A stretch of 44,150 nt of DNA, taken from NCBI RefSeq assembly GCF_001194135.2, contig NC_068983.1, forward strand, positions 110,839,412 to 110,883,561, in the 5' to 3' direction. The stretch is from Octopus bimaculoides. Its lineage: Eukaryota. The translations under genes and the position numbers were made by a program. Below are positions 13,528-25,860 of this stretch, in pieces. Under the pieces are notes generated by a model. It searched no databases and was not told the origin of the DNA. It saw nothing but the letters and a program-made list of their open reading frames with translations. Each line of letters opens with the position of its first letter. Position 1 is the first letter of the stretch.

Positions 13528-13684
13528 AGTTACTGCTTGGAATCGAACTCAGAATCTTGGGGTTAGTAGCCGGCACTCTTAACCACTATATGCCCAACAA
13601 ACAAGATGAGGACAAATATCCGTAAATCTTGTAAATAATGTAAATAATGCACATAATTACTCATCTCTTAAATATGGAACTGTA
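13253..13684 (-). mobile_element. Small non-autonomous element: inverted arms of about 80 bp, tRNA-derived head, (TAA)n and hammerhead motif
   Basis: Left arm 13253-13330 (TACAGTTCTATATTTAAGAGA...CTCATCTTGTTTGTT) is the reverse complement of right arm 13595-13684 (CAACAAACAAGATGAGG...TCTCTTAAATATGGAACTGTA). Minus-strand B box GAGTTCGATTCC at 13539-13550 and A-box remnant TAGTGGTT near 13581-13588. Confidence 0.8.
13334..13379 (-). ncRNA. Minimal type-I hammerhead ribozyme relic (Penelope-type)
   Basis: Minus strand AACAC-ATGATGA-A-GGCTG-AAGAGTATAT-CTGCC-GAAA-CG-TC-GTGTT. Stem I is 5/5 bp, stem II 4/5 bp, and stem III is the palindrome ACGU. Core position C3 is changed to A. Confidence 0.75.
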
Positions 13685-13799
13685 TATGTATGTTGTTTAC
13701 CGTTCTGTTATTTCTTTGATCAGCAAAAGAGTACTCCAACTTTATATGTATATTAATAATAATAATATGACAACAAAAGAATGAATGAGATCTCGATAT

Positions 13800-14117
13800 T
13801 ATGTAAATACGCGTATTCTATGAGTGTGGGTTTACCTTCTTCGAGTATTTTTACTTTCTCGCTATACAGGTAACTTCCCTTTATTTAACGGTCATTTTCA
13901 TAACATCTTTGTTTGTCTTAATAACTGACGAGATGCCGGAGCAGACATCCGCCCCGACATCTGAAACTCTGAGTTTTATTATGGCAACCGTGAAGAGCGT
14001 TTCTCGAAGCGTTAAATACTTTCTGTATTCCCGAGCGTCAAACTAATACATCCTTTTGTTGTTTACACCACCTGTCCTCGTCTGTTGTTGTTGCTTTTCG
14101 TACATTCTCCCATATAT
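13800..14117 (+). mobile_element. Probable Penelope-like pseudo-LTR fragment carrying the hammerhead
   Basis: Hammerhead fold followed by a pyrimidine-rich tail running into (TA)n and a gap. Family identity is inferred from the known association of Penelope-like elements with hammerheads. Confidence 0.4.
13919..13981 (+). ncRNA. Type-I hammerhead ribozyme-like fold
   Basis: TAATAA-CTGACGA-GATGCCGGAGCAGA-CA-TCCGCCCCGACATC-T-GAAA-CTC-T-GAG-T-T-TTATTA. Stem I is 6/6 bp and stem II 11/14 bp. Stem III ACTC/GAGT has a 1-nt loop. Core CUGANGA/GAAA/UH is intact, with one extra U before G12. Confidence 0.7.
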
Positions 14118-14944
14118 NNNNNNNNNNNNNNNNNNNNNNNNNNNNNNNNNNNNNNNNNNNNNNNNNNNNNNNNNNNNNNNNNNNNNNNNNNNNNNNNNNN
14201 NNNNNNNNNNNNNNNNNNNNATATATATATATATATATATATATATAACATCATTGCAGCGGCACTTAAAAGTAATGATTTTCCCAGTACTACAGCTCAG
14301 AGAGAGCGGAAGAAACGCGAATTCTTCCGCTCTTATGCTCTAATTATTCAGTACATGAACACCTTGACATCATCCTAGGACGTGACTGCACCAAGGATGA
14401 CAAAAAGGATGGACAAAGCCTGCAGGGCCCAACGGTCTCTCAAAAGAACTATAACAAACCCACGGTTGATAGGCCTACAAGCGAGGGAAACAATGATACT
14501 GGTACGGCCCCCAACACATCAGAAGACCAAATAGGTGTGAGGGCCAAAAATGAAAATTTATATCTATGCCATTTAAAATACACGGTATTGAAACACGAGC
14601 TACTAGTAGCTTCAGGGTGTGGAAACACAATATATCGGCAGGCTCCTCTTTTTGCATTCACCTTCCATTTGTTGCTTCTCGTGTCTGCTCGTAGACTTTC
14701 TCGTTTCTCCAAATGAGGTCAGATAAGCTGTGTATTTGACCCTAAAGGATTGCTTGGAGGCACAAGACATGATATAAATCAGACGATTTATTATGTTCCC
14801 AGAACATGAACTTAGATGCAATTTCTATATAAATATATGCAAGTGAAATAATATATATGCGTGTATATATATGCATCTGTATGCGCGCGTGTATGGAGGT
14901 GTACGAACATTCTTATTTCTAACACCGCAGATATCAGCTTTGCA

Positions 14945-15063
14945 ATTCATCTCTCCGGGATCGATTAATCAAAGTACTACCTAAGTACTGGTGTCGATGT
15001 AACTGACTATCTTCTTGACCCTAATATTGCTCATGTTATGGTTCCTCAGTTCAAAGTTTGAAA
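14945..15063 (+). mobile_element. Degenerate tRNA-SINE body (second family)
   Basis: TTCATCTCTCCGGGATCGATTAATCAAAGTAC...GTACTGGTGTCGATGTAACTGACT...AAAGTTTGAAA aligns by eye to the reverse complement of 25861-26020 and 12384-12530. Confidence 0.55.
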
Positions 15064-18000
15064 AAATATGCAAATGTTTTCGCCTTAAAACATATTATAT
15101 ATAATCACTTAAAGCATGCAAAACTTCTAGAACATTTACTGTGCATTCAGTGGTTTGCAGCTGCAAATTCCTAACTAATAATGACCATACTAATTTATAC
15201 AAACAAAAAAAACAAGATTGATGCTGAGGCAATTAGTTACATATCTAAGTGACCCAATAATAATTGATATATTTCTAAGACTAATAATATTGGTGTGATA
15301 ATTGCAAATTTTCTATTAGTTCAGCTTGTCTTCGTTTTCACTAATTTTAAACATTATAATGATTTTCTGCTGGGCGGCTGATTTGCCTTATTGGCACAGT
15401 TTCTACCCTTTGTTCCAGATCAGTTTTCCTACGCTATAATTTACTTGGATGGTGGCAGGAAAATTCCATTTTTATGGATTTATATAATGAGAGGCTGTAC
15501 TCTCTATGTTATTGAAACATTTTATAATTTTTCCTTCTGAATAGACTGTCTCTATTAGAGGTGGTGTGGAAATTTTCGGTGTTCGTTTATAATTTTCGTG
15601 TTTTAGCTGCAATGACTTCCATCACATTTAATATTCATTCAAGTAACAAAAATGTTGGTATCACTACTACTAGGGTACTGTTTTATTGCATTTAGAGAGT
15701 AGTTAGCAGCATTTGTTATGTGTATCAGTTCTCGGTCAATACGTCTCAAAGAAATACTCAAATATCAAGAAAACATTTGAAGAAAATTACCTTCTGAGCT
15801 TGCTTACACATTCGCCAGTGATCCGACTGTTGAATTCTTTTATTGACTTGTTAGAAAACCGCACAAAATAAATAGATAAATGAATAAATAAATAAATAAA
15901 TAAATAAAAGCAATGTTTAGATTTATAATTAACGTCCATCATCAGAATGTATAAGACACAGGATTAAATACATTGGATTTTTTTTTTCACTTTATTTTCC
16001 GAATTCATATTTTACTTGACTAGATTTGATAAAATTACGTCCGAGTATCTTTCTAATTATTGGCTATTTAGATATATCAGAAATCTATATATGCTTATAG
16101 CTACAACGAAGGTGATATTTAGAAAAAAAAAACAAGAAGAAAAAACACGATTTTAGAAATAATGTAATCATAAAAAACTTGGTCACATTATCTTAAAGAA
16201 CATTCTTCCGATATTTAGAGATGGATTTAACTCAGTTATTAATAGAAATGTTACAATATGACTAAGCCCTACACTCAGAAATTGTGCTGAAATATTATGT
16301 AAGTAATACTGTGCAACGTACTTGAACGAGGTCTGGAAACATGTTCACACAATCAGTTGCTGCAAATTTTGCGAAAGGTAAAAAACTATACATTGTTAAG
16401 TTATCCCTATTAAGTTTACTATTTATTATTCAGAAGTACGGTTATGCATCTTCTAAATTGTTTGCAATCTTTCTACCTTTTATGATCGAGAATCAAATGA
16501 TCACATGTTCCGCTAGTAAATGAAATAATAAAAAAATGTGTTAACGAGTTATTTTAAGCACTGGTTCTTAATCACGCTTACAGTAAGATAAATATAATTC
16601 CAAAAATGCATTATGTAGATAACGAACTGCTGTCATCAAATATAGGATTATCCACATTATATAAACATGCTGCTTATGTACTCTAATCTCGAACCAAATT
16701 TCAGTGAGATTTCTAACAGGTGTAGTACTTGGAATATAAAATTAGTTTGCTTTTCTCTTCCTCACCGCTGCATTTTACAAGTGAGTTCAATATGTTGTAA
16801 TCATTAGTCTGTTCAACATTGGTGAGCTGTTATATATTGGTACAATTTTCCAGTTTGTTATGTGGAAGTTGAAATTTTGAGCGTGTTAAGACTAAAAAAA
16901 AAAAAAAGCTTGGAACTGTTTTGAAGTTGATTAAACGAAAACGAAAAGAACAAATTTTTAACTAACATCGATATATATTCTCTAATATATCGAAATTTAC
17001 GTTCCCTGTAAATTAATTAGTACAAAAGATAAATTTAAACCATATAGACTTAAGCAACATTTCTGATTTAAATTTTTTTTTTTACTTATACAAAACTGCA
17101 AATTCTGATGGAACAACAGTAATGTTGATATATTACATTTGTATTGTACCTTTCTAATCTGATTGTATTCTATATTTTGATCATTCTCTGTCTGCATCTG
17201 TCACGAGACACGAAAATAACGTTTTAGTAATTGACAAAAATTTCTAATAGCTTAAAATCGTCTACAAATTCTTATCAAAACAATATTTCGGGAAAGAAGG
17301 AAAAAGAAACTATATCAATATTGTTAACTCTAATCCTTCGAGAATATCATTATACATACATATATGCATACATCTTCATTTATATATATATATCGATATC
17401 TATATCTATCTATATGTATATACATGAATGATGAGCTTCTGAATATTTTCAATGTTGGCTTCTCTCTACATATGTCCATATATGAATTTATATGCATATG
17501 GATATGTATATTTCATACACCAAATACAAGCGTGTTTATTAGTTTCAAACACATACATACACACGCGCACGTGCGCACACACATACATGCTTGTATATGT
17601 GTTGCCCGTATGTATGTATCTATGTGTATATATGTGTGTGTATGTATATATATATATATATATATNNNNNNNNNNNNNNNNNNNNNNNNNNNNNNNNNNN
17701 NNNNNNNNNNNNNNNNNNNNNNNNNNNNNNNNNNNNNNNNNNNNNNNNNNNNNNNNNNNNNNNNNNNNNNNNNNNNNNNNNNNNNNNNNNNNNNNNNNNN
17801 NNNNNNNNNNNNNNNNNNNNNNNNNNNNNNNNNNNNNNNNNNNNNNNNNNNNNNNNNNNNNNNNNNNNNNNNNNNNNNNNNNNNNNNNNNNNNNNNNNNN
17901 NNNNNNNNNNNNNNNNNNNNNNNNNNNNNNNNNNNNNNNNNNNNNNNNNNNNNNNNNNNNNNNNNNNNNNNNNNNNNNNNNNNNNNNNNNNNNNNNNNNN

Positions 18001-18257
18001 NNNNNNNNNNNNNNNNNNNNNNNNNNNNNNNNNNNNNNNNNNNNNNNNNNNNNNNNNNNNNNNNNNNNNNNNNNNNNNNNNNNNNNNNNNNNNNNNNNNN
18101 NNNNNNNNNNNNNNNNNNNNNNNNNNNNNNNNNNNNNNNNNNNNNNNNNNNNNNNNNNNNNNNNNNNNNNNNNNNNNNNNNNNNNNNNNNNNNNNNNNNN
18201 NNNNNNNNNNNNNNNNNNNNNNNNNNNNNNNNNNNNNNNNNNNNNNNNNTATATATA

Positions 18258-18293
<36 letters not shown>

Positions 18294-18544
18294 TATGCTA
18301 TGATCATGCTGATCAGTGTTGTGTTTCAATACTGCAGAACACCTTTCCAATTACGTTGAGTTTGTGTTATGTGTTCCTAATACCTGATTCATTTCTGTAC
18401 AGTAAATGATGGTTATCCAAGAATTCCTTGTACATATGAATCGAGTGTAGTACAAACAGATAATTGTCATAAAAATGCTTTTCTGAGAAGAAACATAACA
18501 GTGATATTCACTTTCGAATGAACCTGAAAGTATTAAAAATAAAT

Positions 18545-19893
18545 ATGCTTCAATGTGCAAATAGCTTCAATGTGCATAACTGGAATAACAGTGAAATAAT
18601 GAAAATTGATCGAAAACTCCGCAAGCTCTGACTTGTAATAAGATGCACCATCCAAAGGCAGAAATGGATCGTCTTTATCTTCCCAGAGCTCAGGGAGGTC
18701 GATGCTTGATCCAGCTTGAAATTACGTACAAACCCACTACAATCGGACTAGCCAAATACCTTGAAACAACCAACGATTGGATGCTGAAACTTGTTGAAAA
18801 ACACAAAAGAACGAAAAAACTTTATTCTATTCTGAAAGAGACCAAAACATTCGTTACTGATCTCTTAGATACCCACAAGCTTGATCAGGTTGAAGGCAAT
18901 GCGCCAACTGCTGCTGCAAAAAAATAAAATTAAATGCAAAGACAAAAGCACATGAAAAATTAGCTAGCAGATGGGAACAGTAACCTCTGCATGGCAAGTA
19001 TTTTGCCCATAGCAAACAAACTGATGTCGACCAGAAACACACGCATAAATGGTTACGAAGCTCAGTGCTAAAAGCAGAGAGTGAAGGATTCATATTAGCT
19101 GCTTAATACCAAAGCTTATTAACCCGGAACTACCAAGCCAAAGTGATAAAAAATGGAGCTGACCTACAATGTCGATTCTGTAACGATGAGATTCAAACTA
19201 TAGACCACCTAATCTCAGGGTGTAGAGTCTTAGCACCTGTAGAATATAAAGCAAGACATGATAGAGTCGGCCAGTATTTACACCTGACAGTATGTCGGCA
19301 TTATAAAATCAAAACCGCTGACGATCCTGAAGCTGTGACTGAAGGAGAAAATGTATCGATTCTCTGGGACTTCCCCGTACATACCGACAAAACTATAAAA
19401 GCTGATAAACCGGATATTATTATAAAAGATCAGAAGAAAAAGGTCTGTTTATTAATTGACATGAGTATTCCTTGCGATCAGAATATAGCGGCGAAAGAAT
19501 TTGACAAGATCAGTAAATATAAAGACTTGGTAATAGAAATCGGAAAATGTAGCATCTCAAGGCGACTACCGTACTAATGATTGTAGGAACTGTAGGAATG
19601 ATAAAAAATAAAGGTACTGATGTCTATTTGAAGATAATACCAGGCTTACCATCCCTACTGGAAGTGCAAAAAATTGTGTTAACTGGAACGACTCGTGCCG
19701 TATTATCGCTGTGAAAACAAAATCCATTCATGAATTTGTTTATTCATAACATTTTTTAAATACATATTTTACTTGTGAATATGCGTGTGTAAATTGGGAA
19801 TGCACACAATGAGCTTCTCTGCCTTAGGTGTACTGAAAATACTCGGAGAGAAGTGTAAGAAAATTTGAAGAAAGAAGGAAACAACATAATAAT
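18545..19893 (+). mobile_element. 5'-truncated R4/Dong non-LTR retrotransposon (subfamily A): post-RT region, CCHC knuckle, REL endonuclease, 3' UTR
   Basis: MHHPKAEMDRLYLPRAQGGR; PLHGKY; CRFC...HLISGC (CCHC); RHDRV; KPDIIIKD...LIDMSIP...KISKYKDL (PD-D-K nuclease). Several stops and frameshifts. The 3' UTR is shared with 42915-43130 and ends in a short TAA tail. Confidence 0.92.
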
Positions 19894-19954
19894 ATGAATG
19901 AAAGTAATATGAATAAAATGTATGTTGCTTTTGACCCACCCTCTATATATGTAT

Positions 19955-19956
<2 letters not shown>

Positions 19957-20004
<48 letters not shown>

Positions 20005-20017
20005 CATACCCCTCTCA

Positions 20018-20065
<48 letters not shown>
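19957..20065. repeat. (TATC)n and (TA)n microsatellites
   Basis: Tandem repeats visible directly. Confidence 0.9.
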
Positions 20066-20521
20066 TGTGTCATCCCATAAATAATGCAGTTTTTTTCAAT
20101 TCAGCGCTAGAAGGAAACCGACCATCTTTGTTTTCATGACGAAATGTGTTGTTCCATCAGAATAATGCTCGGTCACATACAACAAGGATGACATTCCAAA
20201 GGCTGGAGCAATTTGATTGAGAATCGATGTCGCACACAGCATGTTCGACGGTCATGTCCTCATCTCATTAATTTATTCCGCAATCTTCAAAATCATTTGT
20301 ACGAAAAAAAATATGAATTCTTCAGACAAGGTCAGAACAGTACCGGAGGTGCATTTTTCTTCACGGACAAGTGGACTTTGGAATAGGGGCCTTGCAAGTC
20401 TACTAGACAGAAGGTAGAGCATTGTAGAAAATGGAGAGTATATTTTAGATTAAAAAGGTACATTGTTTATCTTAATTTTGGAAAAAAAACCCCGCATTAC
20501 TTATGGTATGACCCAATACAT

Positions 20522-20596
20522 ATTCTTTTATCCTTTTATTTATTTCAGTCATTTTGACTTAGGCTATGCTGGAGCAACGCCTGGAAGGACACACAG

Positions 20597-20661
<65 letters not shown>

Positions 20662-20823
20662 CGACAGGTTTCTTTCAGTGTCCGTCTACCAAATCTACTC
20701 TCAAAGCTTTGGTCGGCCCGAGTCTATAGTAGAAGACACTTGCCCAAGGTGCCACGCAGTGGGACTCAACTCAGAACCATGTGGTTGGTAAGCAAGCTAC
20801 TTGCCACTGTTACTCCAGCGCCT
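20522..20823 (-). mobile_element. Bipartite tRNA/CORE SINE, internally deleted 3' body
   Basis: Head at 20823-20660 and a (CA)n tract. Only the terminal part of the 3' body remains (TTCAGTCATTTTGAC...ATGCTGGAGC). Confidence 0.78.
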
Positions 20824-20939
20824 ATATATAGTTACATAGATAGGCAGACAGACGTAGATAGATAGAGAGATAATTAGGTAGATTGAATGTTTCTTAGATG
20901 GATAGATAGTTATGTGTATGCATGATAATAACACATATA

Positions 20940-21531
20940 AGGCGATGCTTTATCTATTCACCAAAGTGAATGGACCCTTGGACAGGAGGAGCTGATTGCG
21001 GCGGAAGATACTCAACCTTGATCGGGTTTTTCAACTCTGAACCGTAGCACCCTACCGTTAATGGGTCAGCAGAGTTGGCCAAGTCACTGCCCCTGATGTC
21101 CGCTTGGTTTCCAGCTTAACTCTTCTCCCTTACTCCAAAGCCTACAAAGGGCTCTTTCAGATGCCTTTCCCATCCCGCGCACTGTCACCATTAACTTCTT
21201 ACCTCTTCTTCCAATTGTTGTAAGTATCCTCTATGCCGACTGAGCAGAGAATCCCCTAAAACCAACATCGACGGGGAAAAGCCATATCTGCCATCCGTTC
21301 TCTCTGCAATCCTGCAGCAGGCTGTCATGTCTGTCACGCTTCTGTTAATGGCCTCATCACAACTCTTTCCCCACGGGACTGTTAGTTCGATTGCGTTAAT
21401 TTTCTTGACCTTTTAAGACCACACAACCACATCTGGCCTCTCGGTTGTATGGACGACCTGAGGAAACTGCAATATCCCATGGTTGAGATACTTTATGCAA
21501 GCTATGTATTGCTTTTGCTGACTTTGCTGCT

Positions 21532-21579
<48 letters not shown>

Positions 21580-21772
21580 GCACACACAAACTTAATTGCT
21601 GCTGTTGCCTTCCCTTGGTGATGATATTTCTTGCGCCTTTCCTGTTCCAGAGGGCGAGCAAGTGTTGCAAGCAGGCCATCATGGCACCATTTATATCTGC
21701 CTTGAGAAAGTGCTGTTCTGCACCCTGCCAAGATGTGTGCCAGAGTATCCCTTTCTCCACAAAATCTACATA
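20940..21772 (-). mobile_element. HERO-like REL non-LTR retrotransposon 3' fragment
   Basis: CRFCGERDTLAHILAGCRTALSQGRYKWCHDGLL (CCHC plus the RYxWRHD-type motif), LQFPQVVHTTERPDVVVWS, IELTVPW, LFPVDVGFRGF. This arrangement is characteristic of the HERO clade. Frameshifted; the 5' end runs into (CA)n. Confidence 0.8.
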
Positions 21773-23559
21773 TATGGATGTATGCGTGTGTGTGTATGTG
21801 TGTGTGTGTGTGTGTGTGTGTATGTATCTGGTACATATGTTTTCTTGTGTATTATAATGCGTGTATTTGTGAGTGCATGTGTTGTTGTAATGTAATCTGG
21901 TATGATTTCCTTTGAGTGACATCATAAAATATTCTTTCATTGGAAAGAATATGAAATGCTATCTATATCTGTAATGTTTATGTATCTATCATTATTTTAC
22001 TAATACAAAACCTGATGGTGCTTGTAAATGTTTGATTTTTTGACTAGAAATAATAGCCAAATCTCCCTCTAGTCACACTATGCTGTTTTTAAAACACTAG
22101 ATGTGTATCTTTTGATAACAAAATGAAATGAGTTATATTTGGGATGGATGGCAACAAAAAGCCAAATATAACACACTTGAACTTTACATCACTTCGATTT
22201 CGTCAACTGTAACATCTAAAACTTTACCGAGCGCTTAATTTCCATTTACTTCAAAGCAAATAATACATCACTTATTAACTAAATGAATCGTTGTTAAAAT
22301 CCAATAGCTAACCGACTAACTTTTCAATCGAGAAATTTCCTAGCTCGCTTGAAGAAAGAAGAAATGTTGCTAATATATCAACGTGATCGCGTATTTACTC
22401 GTATTGTTTGCTTCTCTCCGCTTCTGTCTTTCTGTGTTACGTCCCTCAGTTTTCCTTCTCTTATTCTCTATATTCATAATTTTACATTCATGTATACAGG
22501 TAAATATGAAGTAAGAATCAAGAAACCTGCCAACCGTTCTTCTATTTATTAATTATTAAATTAAATTTACTATCATGACATCATATAATGAAAAATCACA
22601 GCACAAGATACATGTTTTCTTTATGGGATTCCGAACTTCAAACATGCGAGAAGCCATATTGAAGGTCAGGCTGAATATCCGTAGGGCGTAATTAAACTAT
22701 AGCAGATGGCACATTCTAATTATCTAAATCGATATGACTGTAAATGTTGCCAATACTATATACGAAGAAAGGTCACAGGTGGGTATTTATTGCAGGCCCA
22801 AATGGACATTAATTTTCTGCTTTAGTAGACTAACGTACTAGCTCTCAATTAAATGCTACAGCCTCTATAAGAACTTTGATGAACCAAGACGTTATGACAA
22901 AGGGTCATATAAGAACTTTGATATACATTCCTGGGGTCACTGAGACTGAAAAACAAGTAATAATTATCATAGACTATCTCACAATTCTCCACTGATGTAC
23001 GGTAGAATCACAAATGATAATAATTACTGTTTAGCTGGCAATTACTATATTTGAGTTGATAAATAATCCGTTTTGTACTTACAACCCTACAATGGTAGGC
23101 TAGGTTTATGATAAAATACATTCCTGTCATATAAATTCAACCATTTAAAAAAATTTTAGATAATGCATTGCCCACTCTGATTCCTCTGTCATAAGCTATA
23201 GTTGATGGGATTTGGTTGCTGTTACTAGCAGTCTGTGTTACCGCGTAGCGGTTTCTCGTTGGTTCAAGACATAAATAGTTAAAGTATAAAATACTTCGTT
23301 TGATACAATACGTAAATAATGTTACAATATAGTTATGATAGAGCAATATACTATATTATCAGGAAAAATGAACATAAATGCATTTCTAAGCATCATATGA
23401 TCCACGTAGATTATTCATTTTTTTATAAAATACTTCTGCGTTTAAAATGTTTCTCTTAGATGGAATTAAAGATATTTACATATCCTATAGGCTCATCATT
23501 AGAAACCTAGCTTGGCAAAACTTATCTCTTCAAAAACGGCAAAAAATATTTGAATTATA

Positions 23560-23903
23560 CTTATCATGTTTCACCTACTTAACTGCGGTCATGCTGGAGC
23601 ACCACTTTTAGTCGAACAAATCGACCTCAAGGCTTATTCTTTCTAAGCCTAGTACTTATTCTCTCGGTCTCTTTTGCCGAACTGCTAAGTTGCGTGGACG
23701 TAAACACACCAACATCGGTCGTCAAGCGAGGGTGAGGGGACAAACACAGACGCACAAACATCTGTCTATCTCTATATGACGGGCTTCTTTCACTTTCCGT
23801 CTACCAAATCCACTCACAAGGCTTTCGTCAGCCTGAGGCTATAGTAGAAGACACTTACCCGAGGTGCCACGGAGTGAGACTGAACCCGAAACCATGTGGT
23901 TGA
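23560..23903 (-). mobile_element. Bipartite tRNA/CORE SINE, 5' end truncated
   Basis: 3' body and head align by eye to 9230-9632. The A-box region is missing. Confidence 0.8.
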
Positions 23904-25274
23904 AAGATATTTTAAATAACACAGATAAGTCATAGAATATGAGTAATATATGTATTCTTTTCCGTTATAGCCTATTGTAACATATGCTTGTCAATATCTA
24001 CACTGCAGTAGATCGGTCATTTTAGGTATTAGGTAACTTGGCCTTAAAAATAATAGCGCTCCATTTGTAGGATGCAAATCAACGATATTTGATCGACATT
24101 TAGGACATACGAACGTCCTACACCAGCTACTGCTGTCTTGAAAGGTATTGCGTTACATTCTATATAATCCACTAAGACTGACAGTTTGATGCTTTTATAA
24201 AACGGCTGACACTAAAAATGATCATTTATCGTATTGACACTAAAAATGATATTTTTTCGTATATAACAAAAAATGTTATGAGGTGGTAACAAGTCTTCGG
24301 TTTTATTACATAAAGCGAGTTTATGCTGTTATTTTGATATAGATCGTTCTTCATCGAGTAAATTCAAAATAAAACGCATTGCCGTCTTGATCATTATAAT
24401 TTCTAAAGGCGTAGTCTAGATATGACAACAATGTTCAATGTGCATGGACCATTTAATTTTAAGATGGCAGGATGTGTCATGGGTGAAGATTGAGAATAAT
24501 TCTAGTAGCTCTAATGACGAGATACAAGTCAACTCCCTGGCTCATCTTAATTTTCATCTAACACCATATATAACACAACTGGAGAACAAGATTTTCAGTA
24601 GAATTATTTTTCATAGCCTATGACATTTAGGGTTAGAGTGATTATTCAAAATCTAACCAATCTACCAGCATCGTCCCACAACTAGTTAGCTCTTTGCTCT
24701 TTACAGCTAAAAATAAGTGAGTCTTTTATGAAAATCGATATTTCAACTTTTTTACAAACTGACTTCAAATTTTAAACTCTTGTAACATATTTTATTCCTT
24801 TACACTGTTCTAGAATATATTCCCATTTGATTCAATTTAAAACCACGAGTGGAGTAAAATTGCTAAGACGTGTTTATTAAAAAGAAATAACTCAAAACTA
24901 ATTGACAAACTTTAATGTTTCTTTCTCTGTATAAAACTTAGTGAACGGCCGGTTTCGACTGCTAGATTATTAAGTTGTTAATCAAGCCTTTATTGACTTT
25001 CATTATGTTAATTCTGCTTCTTTTTAAAAAATTCCTTTAGTGGTATTCTTTAAAGTAATGTAATCAGATAGTTTTCTTTTTTTAATATTATCTCAAGGAA
25101 TGAAAATAAATCATTGCTAGTTATCAGTTGATAAAATTAACTTCAGCTAATTAATAGGGAATTTGAATTTCGAATATATTTATATTTTTTAAAGTTGTAG
25201 GGCTTTTCATTTTCAGTATAATTGAAAAGTTTTACGCGAGTAATTTTCATAAAATTTTGCAAATATACTGAAGT

Positions 25275-25275
<1 letters not shown>

Positions 25276-25333
<58 letters not shown>

Positions 25334-25385
25334 TTACTACTACTGCTGCTGCTGCTGCTGTTTCTGCTACTGCTGCTGCTGCTGG
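25276..25385. repeat. (TAC)n to (TGC)n compound trinucleotide repeat
   Basis: Tandem repeat visible directly. Confidence 0.95.
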
Positions 25386-25404
25386 GACCTAATGTAAGCA
25401 CAAT

Positions 25405-25530
25405 AGCAACTTTTGGGCGAGGAAGTTAGTCAATTTTATCAACCCAGCATTTTTACTGGTATTAATTTCATCTACAATAAAATGATGATAAGCAAAGATG
25501 TTTTGGACAGTATTTGAAATCATGACGTAA
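25405..25530 (-). mobile_element. Very degenerate tRNA-SINE copy (second family)
   Basis: Weak similarity (AGTCAATTTTATCAACCCAG...ACTGGTATTAATTT...GTATTTGAAATCATGACG) to 25861-26020. Confidence 0.4.
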
Positions 25531-25860
25531 GCAACAAGAAGGAATATCAACATTCACTGCAGAGTATCCCACTTTCATTTGCAAAGTCTCTCACTTTCTC
25601 TTTTAAGTCTTAATTCGCTATTTGGAAAACAGATAGTTCATTCTGTTACTGTATACATAATGTCAAAACATTATTTATTGAATGAAATTTTGTTTTAAAT
25701 ACCCGTATAATTTTTAACGTGGAATAGCTGTGAGAATAGCCTATAAAACTGAATAATTACTATTAGAAGACGAGGAGAGGAAAGTTCCGGACATGTAATC
25801 GAAACTTTCACCTTATTCACACTTTCCAAACACTCTGTACCACTAAGACAATATATACTT

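Noticed and set aside
13529-13595. Functional tRNA gene
   Set aside because: A box is partly deleted and there is no acceptor stem. It is a SINE-type head, as are the other tRNA-like sequences here.
14370-14830. Possible Penelope GIY-YIG relic (LIYIMSCASKQS...GQ) on the minus strand
   Set aside because: Similarity requires frameshifts and lacks a clear YIG/R/H core; too weak to call.
15340-15800. Possible second GIY-YIG relic
   Set aside because: Only vague spacing similarity, with many stops.
24207-24263. Tandem duplication of about 29 nt (TGACACTAAAAATGAT...TCGTAT)
   Set aside because: An ordinary local slippage duplication with no further structure.
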